Below are positions 9,985 to 20,670 of a stretch of 58,594 nt of DNA, one piece after another; the stretch's first letter is position 1, and every line of letters begins with the position of its first letter. The notes below the pieces were generated by a model. That model was not told the DNA's origin. It searched no databases and saw nothing but the letters and a program-made list of their open reading frames with translations. The translations under genes and the position numbers were made by a program. Origin of the DNA: a virus (lineage: Duplodnaviria; Caudoviricetes); the IMG/VR virus record IMGVR_UViG_3300027969_000116, positions 1 through 58,594 of that record. One strand, given 5' to 3'.

Positions 9985-10839
9985 ATGGCGACAAATTCAT
10001 TAGACGCAGTTTTAGCTCAATACGAGAAAGCTAAACAAGGTAGTACTTCTTCTACCTCAAAATTTACACAAGAAGAAAGAATGAAAAAATACTTCGCGGC
10101 AATCCTTACCGATAAGGAGACCCAAGGACAAAAAAGATTAAGAATCTTACCAACAAAAGATGGTTCTTCACCATTTAAAGAAGTTTGGTACCACGAGATT
10201 CAAGTTGATGGAAAATTCCAAAAATTCTATGACCCGGGAAAAAATGACAACGAACGTTCACCTTTAACAGAGGTTTACGAAGAATTACGTTCAACAGGTA
10301 AAGAAGCTGATAAAAAATTGGCATCAAATTACTTGTCACGTAAATTCTACATTGTTAAAGTTATCGACAGAGATAATGAAGAAGATGGTGTTAAATTTTG
10401 GAGATTCAAATCTAACTACAAAAATGAGGGAATCTATGATAAAATTATCCCTATCTACAGAAACAAAGGAGATATTGCTGACCCTGAAAAAGGTAGAGAC
10501 CTTATTTTAGAATTAACTAAGGCAAAAACTCCAAAAGGTGCTTACTACACCGTAATTCAAACTGTTATGTATGATGATGCTGAACCTGTTCATTCGGACA
10601 AAGAACTTGCTAACTCTTGGATTAACGATGAGTTAACTTGGGAAGATGTTTATTCTAAAAAACCGGTTGAATACTTAGAGGCGATTGCAAGAGGTGAAAC
10701 TCCAAAATGGAACTCTGATAAAGGTGGTTACGATTATGGTGATTCATCTGAAGATGAGACTTCATTTGGTGGTTCTAAATCTTCAGGTTATGAAGACCCA
10801 CAAGCGGACGCTGAAGGGGATGATGATATGCCGTTCTAA
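9985..10839 (+). CDS. Single-stranded DNA-binding protein, T4 gp32-like
   Basis: RLRILP..SPFKEVWYH, FYIVKVIDRD..EDGVKFWRF, DPEKGRDLIL motifs and an acidic tail ending DDDMPF. It sits next to UvsX. Confidence 0.8.
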   Translation: MATNSLDAVLAQYEKAKQGSTSSTSKFTQEERMKKYFAAILTDKETQGQKRLRILPTKDGSSPFKEVWYHEIQVDGKFQKFYDPGKNDNERSPLTEVYEELRSTGKEADKKLASNYLSRKFYIVKVIDRDNEEDGVKFWRFKSNYKNEGIYDKIIPIYRNKGDIADPEKGRDLILELTKAKTPKGAYYTVIQTVMYDDAEPVHSDKELANSWINDELTWEDVYSKKPVEYLEAIARGETPKWNSDKGGYDYGDSSEDETSFGGSKSSGYEDPQADAEGDDDMPF

Positions 10840-10850
10840 TCAAACAAAAC

Positions 10851-10900
10851 TTGGACATATAACTTGAGCACTGAGATTACTTGGTGCTCAACTTGTCTAA
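10851..10900 (+). other. Intergenic extended RNA stem-loop
   Basis: TTGGACA/TGTCTAA outer stem, TTGAGCAC/GTGCTCAA perfect stem, TGAG/CTTG wobble stem and ATTA loop, with no U-tract. Confidence 0.6.
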
Positions 10901-10931
10901 ACAAACTAAAAAATTAAATTAAAATAGACAT

Positions 10932-11930
10932 ATGGCGATAAAAAAACACGATTTTAAGTCCATTAAGGACAAATTCTCAACATCTGCAAAATACAAACCA
11001 CAAAATTTTTTTGATTTAGGTCCTGACTTCTTGGACGCTGTGGGATTACCTGGTCCGGCTATAGGGCACTTAAATATGTTCTTGGGTCATTCTGATACAG
11101 GAAAAACAACCGCGTTAGTTAAAACCGCTGTTAGTGCTCAAAAAAAAGGTATTTTACCGGTCTTTATTATTACTGAACAGAAATGGTCGTTCGAGCACGC
11201 CAAATTAATGGGGTTTGAATGTGAAGAAGTTGTTGATGAAGAAACCGGAGAATTAGATTGGGATGGATTCTTTATATTTAACAATAATTTTGAATATATT
11301 GAACAAATCACTGATTATATTAATTCGTTACTTGACGCTCAAGAAAAAGGAGAGTTAGATTACAGTTTATGTATAATGTGGGATAGTGTGGGTAGTGTTC
11401 CTTGCAAAATGACTTTTGACGGAAAAGGTGGGAAGCAACACACCGCCGGAGCGTTATCTGATAAAATTGGGATGGGTATAAATCAGAGAATATCGGGTAG
11501 TAGAAGGTCAGATTCAAAATATGAAAACACTTTAATTATCGTGAATCAACCTTGGGTGGAGTTACCGGATAATCCATTTGGTCAACCCAAAATTATGGCA
11601 AAGGGAGGAAATGCTATTTGGTTAAATTCTTCATTAGTATTTTTATTTGGTAATCAAAAAGGTGCGGGAACAAATAAGATAACCGCTACCAAAGATAAAA
11701 GAAGTATCAAATTTGCGATTAGAAGTAAAGTTTCGGTCTTAAAAAATCACATTAACGGATTGGGTTATGAAGATGGTAAGATTATTGTAACCCCACACGG
11801 ATTTTTAGCGGGTAAAGATTCTACGGAAGAAAAATCAAATATTGAAAAATATAAAAAAGAATACGCCGACTATTGGAGAGAAATTATAGGAACTGATGGT
11901 GATTTTGATTTGAAAGAAGAAAAAGAGTAA
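10932..11930 (+). CDS. uvsX: RecA/UvsX-like recombinase
   Basis: Walker A GHSDTGKTT, Walker B IMWDSVG, IIVNQ, GGNAIW and VLKNH motifs. Confidence 0.85.
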   Translation: MAIKKHDFKSIKDKFSTSAKYKPQNFFDLGPDFLDAVGLPGPAIGHLNMFLGHSDTGKTTALVKTAVSAQKKGILPVFIITEQKWSFEHAKLMGFECEEVVDEETGELDWDGFFIFNNNFEYIEQITDYINSLLDAQEKGELDYSLCIMWDSVGSVPCKMTFDGKGGKQHTAGALSDKIGMGINQRISGSRRSDSKYENTLIIVNQPWVELPDNPFGQPKIMAKGGNAIWLNSSLVFLFGNQKGAGTNKITATKDKRSIKFAIRSKVSVLKNHINGLGYEDGKIIVTPHGFLAGKDSTEEKSNIEKYKKEYADYWREIIGTDGDFDLKEEKE

Positions 11931-11964
11931 CAAAATATTATAGTAACGAATACAAACAAAACGA

Positions 11965-12966
11965 GTGACTAAAACACTATTAGTGGATGGGAATAACCTA
12001 ACAAAGATTGGGTTTCACGGGGTTAAAGATTTTTTTAACGGAACAAAACACATAGGAGCTGTTTGGCACTTTGTGAATACCCTTCGCCGACTTATAGACG
12101 AAGAAAATTACGATAAGGTTGTTGTTATGTGGGATGGTGATGATAATTCCCTTACCCGAAAAACATTATATCCCCAATATAAAGAAAAGCGACGTATAAC
12201 CGATGACTTTAGAGACCAATCTTTTGAAGAACAAAAAGAGAGAATTAAGGAGTATTTGGAAGAGTGTTATATAAGACAAATAAACGTCGAAAAAAACGAG
12301 GCGGATGACCTTATATCGTGGTATTGTAAAATAGCTACAGACGAAACTATTACCATATTCTCGGGGGATAAAGACCTTATCCAACTTATCTCGGATAAAG
12401 TGTCGGTATATTATCCAAAAACAAAACAAACATTCAGAAACGGAGACAAAGTGATGTTGGAATATTATTATTTTCCACATCAAAATGTTCGTACCTATAA
12501 GATTTTATCCGGTGATAAATCGGACAATATTGATGGTATATCAGGCTTAGGTGAGAAAACTTTAATTAAGTTTTTTCCTGAGCTACTTGAAAAAACCGTT
12601 TCTGTTTCCGATATTTTAGAAAAGGCTGAAATCCTACTAAAAGAGAATAAAAGTAATAAGACTTTACAGAATCTATTATCAGGGAAAACAAGAACCGGAG
12701 TATATGGGGATGAATTTTTTGAGGTTAATCAAAAAATAGTTGATTTATCAAATCCTCTAATAACTGATGAAGGAAAGGAGATTGTTGAATTATATTATAA
12801 GGAAACTTTGGACCCTGATGGGAGGGGTTATAGGAATCTTATAAAGATGATGATGGAGGATGGGTTTTTCAAATATCTACCGAAAGTTGATGATGCGTGG
12901 GTTAATTTTGTTAGACCCTTTATGAAACTAACAAGAAAAGAAAAAAGAAATTACAAAAACAATTAA
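11965..12966 (+). CDS. 5'-3' exonuclease / flap endonuclease (T4 RNase H, PolA N-terminal-like)
   Basis: LLVDGNN, WDG, RKTLYPQYKEKR, EADDLI, SGDKDLIQL and GDKSDNIDGISGLGEKT (H3TH) motifs; GTG start. Confidence 0.9.
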   Translation: MTKTLLVDGNNLTKIGFHGVKDFFNGTKHIGAVWHFVNTLRRLIDEENYDKVVVMWDGDDNSLTRKTLYPQYKEKRRITDDFRDQSFEEQKERIKEYLEECYIRQINVEKNEADDLISWYCKIATDETITIFSGDKDLIQLISDKVSVYYPKTKQTFRNGDKVMLEYYYFPHQNVRTYKILSGDKSDNIDGISGLGEKTLIKFFPELLEKTVSVSDILEKAEILLKENKSNKTLQNLLSGKTRTGVYGDEFFEVNQKIVDLSNPLITDEGKEIVELYYKETLDPDGRGYRNLIKMMMEDGFFKYLPKVDDAWVNFVRPFMKLTRKEKRNYKNN

Positions 12967-12975
12967 TTAAAAATT

Positions 12976-13428
12976 ATGAAAGACCAAGATTCAGTAAAAT
13001 TAGAATTCTTAATGATGGTAAACGATAACATTATCGTTCAAAGATTTTTCAACGTAAGAGAGTTTAACAATGAGGCAAAAAACTCATTAGAACTTTATGA
13101 GTTATTGAGAGATTTTAAGGATGATATTAAACAACAATTATCGTTAAAAACCGTAACGTATATGACGGATAATATGTACGAAATTATTAACAATCCGGCT
13201 ATTTTGGATACGTCATATATTGATGGTCCGGAGTACTTTAACATCTTCATCAAACAAAATGATGTGACAATTTGTCATAGACAGGTGGATGCTAAAGTAT
13301 ACCCTCCAAAGATAAGATATACTGTGGATGTACGCCCACACCTAAAAAACTTGTTGATGAATTTGACTGACATTTTCTCGTCAAAAAATTTAACAAAAAA
13401 ATATATGGAGGTTAAGCTAAGTGTGTAG
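12976..13428 (+). CDS. Hypothetical protein in the replication block
   Basis: 150-aa ORF tightly packed between the exonuclease and helicase genes. Confidence 0.7.
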   Translation: MKDQDSVKLEFLMMVNDNIIVQRFFNVREFNNEAKNSLELYELLRDFKDDIKQQLSLKTVTYMTDNMYEIINNPAILDTSYIDGPEYFNIFIKQNDVTICHRQVDAKVYPPKIRYTVDVRPHLKNLLMNLTDIFSSKNLTKKYMEVKLSV

Positions 13429-13457
13429 TATTTATTAATACACTAAAAGAAAAATAT

Positions 13458-14843
13458 ATGGCGTCAAACAAAAATTTCGAGTATCTAGGTAGCACCTTTC
13501 AGATACAATTATTAAACCAAATCATTATCGACAAAGACTTCTCACGGTCAATTATAGACGTGATTGAAACAAGTTATTTTGAGAATAAATATTTCAAATT
13601 AATCATCCAAATGATTAAGGAGTATTATACAAAATACGAACATACACCAACCTTTGACACCTTAGAACAAATTACTAAATCTGAGATACAACAACCTCTG
13701 GCGGCAAAAATCATTATTGATACCCTTACAAAAGTTAAGGAGTCAACTCTTGATGGGGCTGAATTTGTACAAGAAAAATCTATGAAATTTTGTAAACAAC
13801 AAGAGTTACAAAAAGTAATGGTTAAAGCTCAAAAAATCATCGATACCGGTGAGTTTGAGAGTTACGACACATTAGAAGAGATGGTAAGTAAAGCTCTTCA
13901 AGTAGGGGAACACGATAAAGGGACTGAGAGTGTTTTTAGTAACTTAGATGAAGTTTTAAACGAGGATTATCGTCATCCGATACCGATGGGTATTCCGGGG
14001 ATAGATAGACTCTTAAAAGGTGGTTTAGCAAAGGGTGAAATCGGTGTTGTTTTAGCACCAACAGGTGTAGGTAAATCGACTTTACTTACAAAAATCTCAA
14101 ATCACGCATTTAATTTGGGATATAATGTTTTACAAATTTTCTTTGAGGATAACCCAAAGATTATTCAACGTAAACACATTACATTATGGACAAAAATACA
14201 TCCTGATGAATTGTCTATAAGAAAAGATGAAGTTATGGAAAAAGTTAAAGCAGTTAAGGAAACAATGACTAACCAACTTATCCTTAAAAAACTACCATCT
14301 GATACCGTAACGATGATGCAGATTAAGAATCAAATTAGAAAAATGATGTCTGAAGGAATCAAAATTGATATGGTGTTATTGGACTACATTGATTGTGTGG
14401 TTCCGGATAAAAACTTGGGTGATGAATGGAAATCTGAGGGTTCAGTTATGAGAGGATTCGAGGCTATGTGTCACGAACTTGATTTAGTAGGATGGACGGC
14501 AACTCAGGGTAATAGAAGTTCAATATCTTCGGATGTGGTAACTACCGACCAAATGGGTGGTTCCATAAAAAAAGCACAGGTTGGACACGTAATCATTTCC
14601 GTGGCTAAATCTCTACAACAAAAAGAAATGAAACTAGCGACGATTGCAATTACTAAATCACGTATTGGTGATGATGGTATTGTCTTTGAAAATTGTAAGT
14701 TTGATAATGGTATGTTGGAGATTGATACTGAGAGTTCAGTAACATTCTTAGGATTAGAAGAACAAACTGAAGAACGAAATAAACAAAGAATCAAAGATTT
14801 GTTAGATAAAAGAAAAGAAAAAAATCAACAACAAAATAATTAA
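13458..14843 (+). CDS. Replicative DnaB-like helicase (T4 gp41-like)
   Basis: Walker [25 protein letters not shown] and KSRIG motifs. Confidence 0.9.
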   Translation: MASNKNFEYLGSTFQIQLLNQIIIDKDFSRSIIDVIETSYFENKYFKLIIQMIKEYYTKYEHTPTFDTLEQITKSEIQQPLAAKIIIDTLTKVKESTLDGAEFVQEKSMKFCKQQELQKVMVKAQKIIDTGEFESYDTLEEMVSKALQVGEHDKGTESVFSNLDEVLNEDYRHPIPMGIPGIDRLLKGGLAKGEIGVVLAPTGVGKSTLLTKISNHAFNLGYNVLQIFFEDNPKIIQRKHITLWTKIHPDELSIRKDEVMEKVKAVKETMTNQLILKKLPSDTVTMMQIKNQIRKMMSEGIKIDMVLLDYIDCVVPDKNLGDEWKSEGSVMRGFEAMCHELDLVGWTATQGNRSSISSDVVTTDQMGGSIKKAQVGHVIISVAKSLQQKEMKLATIAITKSRIGDDGIVFENCKFDNGMLEIDTESSVTFLGLEEQTEERNKQRIKDLLDKRKEKNQQQNN

Positions 14844-14844
14844 T

Positions 14845-15795
14845 ATGAAAGAAAAAATATTAGAACCGAATAACGATAGATTCGTTATCTTCCCAATCGA
14901 ACATAATGATATATGGGAATTTTACAAACAACACCAAGCGGCGTTTTGGACCGCTGAAGAAGTAGATTTATCTAACGATATTAGAGATTGGGAAAATCTA
15001 TCTGATAATGAGAGATTTTTCCTTAAAAATGTATTAGCGTTTTTTGCTGCGTCTGATGGTATTGTGAATGAAAATTTGGCTGAGAATTTCTTAAAAGAAG
15101 TTCAATATGCTGAAGCAAAATTCTTCTACGGGTTTCAAATTATGATGGAGAACATTCACTCTTTAATGTATTCATTATTGATTGATACTTATGTGTCTGA
15201 TGAAAAAGAGAAAGACGAGTGTTTCCACGCAATTGATAGATTGCCGGCAGTTCAAAAGAAGGCTAAATGGGCACTTGATTGGATTGAAAATGCTTCCTTC
15301 CAAGAAAGATTAGTAGCGTTTGCTGCGGTTGAAGGTATTTTCTTCTCCGGTTCATTCTGTTCTATCTTTTGGATGAAATCAAGAGGTATTATGCAAGGAT
15401 TATGTAATGCTAATAGTCTTATCTTTAAGGATGAAAACTTACACTGTGATTTTGCAATCCATTTGATTAACAATCACGTTGAGAACAAACCAACAGAAAA
15501 AAGAATCAAAGAAATTTTATTGTCTGCATTAGAGATTGAAAAAGAATTTATTACTGAGTCATTACCAGTATCATTAATCGGTATGAACTCAAATTTGATG
15601 AAACAATATCTTGAATTTGTAACTGACGGACTACTAATTAAATTTGGGTGTAAGAAACATTTTAATGTTGAACAACCATTTAAATTTATGGAACAGATTG
15701 CTGTTGAAACAAAGGGTAATTTCTTTGAGTCAAGAACTATGGAATACCAAAAAGCTAAATTAGGAGAATCATTAACATTTACGGAGGATTTTTAA
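14845..15795 (+). CDS. nrdB: Ribonucleotide reductase class Ia beta subunit
   Basis: [31 protein letters not shown] (radical Tyr), [10 protein letters not shown] and DENLH diiron ligands. Confidence 0.95.
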   Translation: MKEKILEPNNDRFVIFPIEHNDIWEFYKQHQAAFWTAEEVDLSNDIRDWENLSDNERFFLKNVLAFFAASDGIVNENLAENFLKEVQYAEAKFFYGFQIMMENIHSLMYSLLIDTYVSDEKEKDECFHAIDRLPAVQKKAKWALDWIENASFQERLVAFAAVEGIFFSGSFCSIFWMKSRGIMQGLCNANSLIFKDENLHCDFAIHLINNHVENKPTEKRIKEILLSALEIEKEFITESLPVSLIGMNSNLMKQYLEFVTDGLLIKFGCKKHFNVEQPFKFMEQIAVETKGNFFESRTMEYQKAKLGESLTFTEDF

Positions 15796-15796
15796 T

Positions 15797-18211
15797 ATGA
15801 TGTCACTAAAGATAAAAAAAAGAGGGGGTGACGAGGTATCGTTTAACCCCCAAAAAATTTATAATAGAGTTAAACGAGCGGCAAGAGGATTAAACGTAAA
15901 TGCTGATGAGGTATTCATTAAGGTGATTACTTCGGTTCCAACAGAGGGTATTATTACAACTAAAGAGTTGGATAAATTGGTTTATGAAATTGCTGCGGCG
16001 TATACCGGAAGTCACCACGATTATTCAAGATTGGCGTCTTCTGTGGCTATTTCTGCATATCACAAAGAAACTGATGAAAGTTTCTGTAACACAATGCACA
16101 CATTACACGTTGATGGTATCATTAACGATAAGTTAATGGAAACTATTGAACTATATGGTCCTGAAAATATTGATTCTGTAATTAATCACGAGAATGATTA
16201 CAATTTTGATTATTTTGCGTGGAAATCATTACAAGAAATGTATTTATTAAAAAATCCTGAAGGTAGAGTAATTGAAAGACCTCAACATATGTATATGAGA
16301 GTTGCTCTATGGGTAACTAAATCATTTGAACAAGCGGTTGAGTATTATCAATCATTATCAAATCAACTTATATCTCCTGCAACACCGATTATGATTAATG
16401 CGGGAACTAAAACACCTCAACTAGCATCTTGTGTATTGAAATACAATCACGGGGATTCAAGAGAAGGGTTATTACAAACATTCAACGACATTTCAACTTA
16501 TTCATCTGATGCTGCTGGTATTGGATTATGTATGTCTAATGTTCGTAGTAAAGAAAGTCGTATTAACTCATCAGGTGGATTTGCCGGTGGTTTATTAAAA
16601 TACCTAAAGATTGTTAATGAAGGGTTAAGATTCTTCAACCAACAAGGGAGAAGACCGGGTAGTGCGGCTATCTACATTGAGCCTTGGCATAAGGACATCA
16701 TAGACTTACTTGAAATCAAAAAGAATACAGGTGCAGAAGAATTGAGAGCAAAAGATTTATTTACCTCAATTTGGTTACCGGACAACTTTATGAACGCAGT
16801 TAAGAATAACGATGATTGGTATTTATTCTGTCCTAACGACATTGTTAAAGCGGGTATCAAACCATTACAGGAGGCTTACGGTGATGAGTATGAATCAAAC
16901 TACAACAAAGCGGTTGAACTTGGTTTAGGTAAAAAAGTGAAAGCACAAACAATTTGGAATAAAATTATCGAATCTCAAGTTGAAACGGGGGTTCCTTACT
17001 TATGTTCTAAAGATAGTGCTAATAGAAAAACAAACCATCAAAATATCGGGGTGATTAAACAATCTAACCTCTGTAATGAGATTTATCAATATACTGATGA
17101 GAACACCACAGCTATCTGTACATTATCGTCTATGGTGTTGAAAAACTTTATCATTAAAGGTGAGTTTGATTTTAAATTACTTTATAGTGAAGTTAGAAAG
17201 GTTGTTAGAGCTCTCAACAAGGTTGTTGATATTAATAGTTACTCAACGAAACAAGGTAGAAAAGGTGGATTAGAACAAAGAGCAATTGCCATTGGAACTC
17301 AAGGTCTTGCTGACGTATTTTTCTTAATGGATTATATCTTCACATCTGAAGAGGCGAGAAAGTTAAACAAAAACATTTTTGAAACTATCTACTTTGCGGC
17401 AATCACTGAGAGTATGGAATTATGTAAATCCGGAGAGTATAAACCATATGAATTCTTCAAAGGGTCACCAATGTCAAAAGGTATATTCCAATTTGATATG
17501 TGGGGATTAGATTACGAAGGATTAGGTAGAATGTGGGATTGGGACTCACTTAAATTAGATGTATCCAACTACGGGGTTTGTAACTCGTTATTCACGGCTC
17601 AGATGCCAGTTGCGTCTTCTGCTAAGATTACAGGTTCATTTGAAATGACAGAACCGGCTCACTCGGCATTATTTAATCGTCGTGTAGTTGGAGGAGAAAT
17701 TTTAATTGTTAACAAATACTTAATTAACGATTTTGAAAAGTTAGGTGTTTGGTGTGAGGATTTAAAAAATGAGATTATTATGAATGAAGGTTCTGTTCAG
17801 AACATTAATTTTAATAATTATTTAGACACCGAAGACAAGAATTATAATAAGAAAGTTAAGAGAATTGAACATTTAATTCCAAAATACAAAACAATTTGGG
17901 AGATATCTCAAAGAGAACTTATTGATATGGCAGCAGACAGAGCACCATTTATTGACCAATCACAATCAATGAATATCTATATGTCTAACCCAACATTATC
18001 AAAGATTTCATCATCACACTTCCATTCTTGGGGTAAAGGATTGAAAACACTTTGTTACTATGTTAGAACAAAGGCGATATCAACCGGAGCTAAACACTTG
18101 GCTGTGGATATCTCAAAAGTGGGTCAATCAAAACCAATTGAGAAACCAACAGTTGATTTAACACAAAAACCAACTGATACTGAATTTGAATGTTTCGGAT
18201 GTGGTTCTTAA
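15797..18211 (+). CDS. nrdA: Ribonucleotide reductase class Ia alpha subunit with N-terminal ATP cone
   Basis: IKKRGG ATP cone, SPATP, QLASC, SNLCNEI, CTLSS, MPVASS, DQSQS, KTLCYY and a C-terminal CFGC. Confidence 0.95.
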   Translation: MMSLKIKKRGGDEVSFNPQKIYNRVKRAARGLNVNADEVFIKVITSVPTEGIITTKELDKLVYEIAAAYTGSHHDYSRLASSVAISAYHKETDESFCNTMHTLHVDGIINDKLMETIELYGPENIDSVINHENDYNFDYFAWKSLQEMYLLKNPEGRVIERPQHMYMRVALWVTKSFEQAVEYYQSLSNQLISPATPIMINAGTKTPQLASCVLKYNHGDSREGLLQTFNDISTYSSDAAGIGLCMSNVRSKESRINSSGGFAGGLLKYLKIVNEGLRFFNQQGRRPGSAAIYIEPWHKDIIDLLEIKKNTGAEELRAKDLFTSIWLPDNFMNAVKNNDDWYLFCPNDIVKAGIKPLQEAYGDEYESNYNKAVELGLGKKVKAQTIWNKIIESQVETGVPYLCSKDSANRKTNHQNIGVIKQSNLCNEIYQYTDENTTAICTLSSMVLKNFIIKGEFDFKLLYSEVRKVVRALNKVVDINSYSTKQGRKGGLEQRAIAIGTQGLADVFFLMDYIFTSEEARKLNKNIFETIYFAAITESMELCKSGEYKPYEFFKGSPMSKGIFQFDMWGLDYEGLGRMWDWDSLKLDVSNYGVCNSLFTAQMPVASSAKITGSFEMTEPAHSALFNRRVVGGEILIVNKYLINDFEKLGVWCEDLKNEIIMNEGSVQNINFNNYLDTEDKNYNKKVKRIEHLIPKYKTIWEISQRELIDMAADRAPFIDQSQSMNIYMSNPTLSKISSSHFHSWGKGLKTLCYYVRTKAISTGAKHLAVDISKVGQSKPIEKPTVDLTQKPTDTEFECFGCGS

Positions 18212-18220
18212 AAAGAATAT

Positions 18221-18252
18221 AAATCACGACTTAGGTCGTGATTTTTTATTTT
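18221..18252 (+). terminator. Rho-independent terminator closing the replication block
   Basis: AAATCACGAC-TTAG-GTCGTGATTT followed by a T-rich tract. Confidence 0.85.
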
Positions 18253-18257
18253 GGGGG

Positions 18258-18292
18258 TATTTATAAAAAATAATGACGACACTATATTTATA
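18258..18292 (+). promoter_or_regulatory. Tandem TATTTATA motifs (putative late promoter of the baseplate operon)
   Basis: TATTTATA at 18258-18265 and 18285-18292; the second is 3 nt before ATG 18296. Confidence 0.55.
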
Positions 18293-18295
18293 GTT

Positions 18296-18754
18296 ATGGC
18301 AGATGGAATTACATATGGTTTAACTTTTCCTTTCAGAGAATCTTTTGATGGGAAGTATTTAGATTTATCAGATTATAATGACCAAGAGATTAGGTCAAAT
18401 TTAATACACCTTTTATTATCAAGAAAAGGTAGTAGATATTATTTACCGGATTTTGGGACAAGGTTATACGAATTTATTTTTGAACCTTTAGATGGTCCTA
18501 CTTTTTCTGAAATTGAGGCGGAAATTAGAGAGGCTACCGGAGTGTATATACCCGGAATAAGAATAACGAATATTAGTATTACCGCCGCTTCTGATGGTGA
18601 TGAAGATAAAGGTAGTTACATTAACGATAACGATGAAAGAATATTTCGTGTATCAGACATCTCAAATAAAGAACATACCGCAAAAGTTAAGATTGATTAT
18701 ACCATCACTAATGATGTGTTTAATAGTAGCGACTTTGTAATTATTAATATATAA
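18296..18754 (+). CDS. Baseplate wedge subunit, T4 gp25 / P2 gpW-like
   Basis: IRSNLIHLLLSRKGSRYYLPDFGTRLYEFIFEP is the gp25-family signature. ATG 18296 is preferred over TTG 18251, which overlaps the terminator. Confidence 0.9.
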   Translation: MADGITYGLTFPFRESFDGKYLDLSDYNDQEIRSNLIHLLLSRKGSRYYLPDFGTRLYEFIFEPLDGPTFSEIEAEIREATGVYIPGIRITNISITAASDGDEDKGSYINDNDERIFRVSDISNKEHTAKVKIDYTITNDVFNSSDFVIINI

Positions 18755-18759
18755 AAATT

Positions 18760-20598
18760 ATGGCAAATAAGAAAATTTCCTATACTACAAGGGATTTCCA
18801 ATCAATTAGAACGGAATTAATTAACTTTACTAGAACGTATTATCCGGATACAATCCAAAACTTTAATGATGCGTCAGTTTTTTCGGTGTTATTAGATTTA
18901 AATGCTGCTGTAACAGATAACTTACAATTTAATATTGATAGAAGTATACAAGAGACGGTACTTCAGTACGCTCAACAAAGGTCATCAGTTTTTAATATTG
19001 CAAAAACTTACGGGTTAAAAGTTCCGGGAATGAGACCATCAGTTGCGTTAGTTGATTTTTCAATCACAGTTCCGGCTTTTGGTGATAAAGAAGATTTAAG
19101 ATATTGTGGTATATTAAGACGAGGTTCCCAAGTTAATGGTGCAGGACAAGTTTTTGAAACAGTTTATGATATTGATTTTGCGTCACCAACAAATGCTGAA
19201 GGATTTCCAAACAGATTAAAAATACCTAATTTTGATTCAAATAATAAATTGTTAAATTATACTATTACTAAACGAGAAACTGTAGTAAATGGAACAACAA
19301 AAGTGTTCAAAAAAGTTATAACACCAAATGATGTTAGACCTTTTTATGAACTATTCTTACCGGATAAAAATGTTTTAGGTGTGACTAGTGTATTATTAAA
19401 AGATAGTACACAATATACTAATATACCTTCAGTTCAAGAATTTTTAGGTTTAGATAATAGATGGTATGAAGTGGATGCGTTAGCTGAGGACAGAGTGTTT
19501 GTAGAAGACCCTACAAAAGTTTCGGATTCTCCGGGAATTAAGGTTGGAAAATATATTCAAACAAGTACAAAGTTTATCACTGAGTTTACACCTGAAGGGT
19601 TTCTTAAAGTTACTTTTGGTGGAGGTTCCCAATCAGCTGATGAACAATTAAGAGAATTTGCGAGAGACGGATATCAATTGAATTTATATAAATACTCAAA
19701 TAATTTGGCTCTAGGCAGTACGTTAAAACCTAATACAACAATATTCATTCAATATAGAGTAGGTGGTGGTGTAGGTAGTAATATTGGGGTTAACGCTATT
19801 ACTCAAATTGGTACTGTTTCATTCTTTGTTAATGGGCCATCTGATAGTGTTAACACAACTGTAGTTAACTCATTAAGATGTACTAATGTGACTGCGGCTA
19901 TTGGCGGGGCTAATTTCCCAACAACAGAAGAAGTTAGAAATTTAGTATCATATAATTTTTCAGCTCAAAAAAGAGCTGTAACTGTAAATGATTATGAATC
20001 AATAATTAGAACAATGCCATCTCAATTTGGGGCTCCGGCCAAAGTATCAATAACTGAAAATAATAATAAAATTATTGTTCAGATGTTATCTTATGATGAA
20101 ACAGGTCGATTAACAGAAGTAATCTCAAACACTTTAAAAAATAATGTTGCAAATTATCTGTCAAATTATCGTATGATAAATGATTATGTATCAATACAAA
20201 GTGCAAATGTTATTGATTTAAGTTTTAATATTGATGTGGTGTTAGATAGTACTCAAAATCAAGGTACGGTAATTTCTCAAATAATAACTATTGTTTCTGA
20301 TTATTTTGAACCAATTAATAGACAATTAGGTGAAAATGTTAATATATCTGAATTAAGAAGATTAATACAAAGTGAAAATGGTGTTATTTCATTATCAGAA
20401 ATTCAAGTATTTAATCAAGTTGGTGGACAATACTCGTCTTCACAAACATCACAAAGATATTTTGATAGTGCGACTAAACAAATTGAATTGATTGATGAAA
20501 CAATTTTTGCACAACCAAATCAAACTTATCAAATTAAATATCCAAACAAAGATATTAATATTAGAGTTAAAAATTTAAAAACTGTTAATTTCTCGTAA
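18760..20598 (+). CDS. Baseplate wedge protein, T4 gp6 / baseplate J-like
   Basis: YTTRDFQSIRTEL, AQQRSSVFNIAKTYG, FGGG, YRVGGG..SNI, GGA..EEVR and QKRAVTVNDY motifs. Confidence 0.9.
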   Translation: MANKKISYTTRDFQSIRTELINFTRTYYPDTIQNFNDASVFSVLLDLNAAVTDNLQFNIDRSIQETVLQYAQQRSSVFNIAKTYGLKVPGMRPSVALVDFSITVPAFGDKEDLRYCGILRRGSQVNGAGQVFETVYDIDFASPTNAEGFPNRLKIPNFDSNNKLLNYTITKRETVVNGTTKVFKKVITPNDVRPFYELFLPDKNVLGVTSVLLKDSTQYTNIPSVQEFLGLDNRWYEVDALAEDRVFVEDPTKVSDSPGIKVGKYIQTSTKFITEFTPEGFLKVTFGGGSQSADEQLREFARDGYQLNLYKYSNNLALGSTLKPNTTIFIQYRVGGGVGSNIGVNAITQIGTVSFFVNGPSDSVNTTVVNSLRCTNVTAAIGGANFPTTEEVRNLVSYNFSAQKRAVTVNDYESIIRTMPSQFGAPAKVSITENNNKIIVQMLSYDETGRLTEVISNTLKNNVANYLSNYRMINDYVSIQSANVIDLSFNIDVVLDSTQNQGTVISQIITIVSDYFEPINRQLGENVNISELRRLIQSENGVISLSEIQVFNQVGGQYSSSQTSQRYFDSATKQIELIDETIFAQPNQTYQIKYPNKDINIRVKNLKTVNFS

Positions 20599-20670
20599 TA
20601 ATTTATTTTGAAATATAATGAATTATCTTTTAAAAATAGTGTATAAACTATTTATTTAAAAAGATAACAA

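Noticed and set aside
14845-18211. Giant eukaryotic virus origin suggested by the eukaryote-like RNR and the HNH gene
   Set aside because: gp25/gp6 baseplate, gp32, UvsX, DnaG-type primase and bacterial promoters/terminators indicate a tailed phage.
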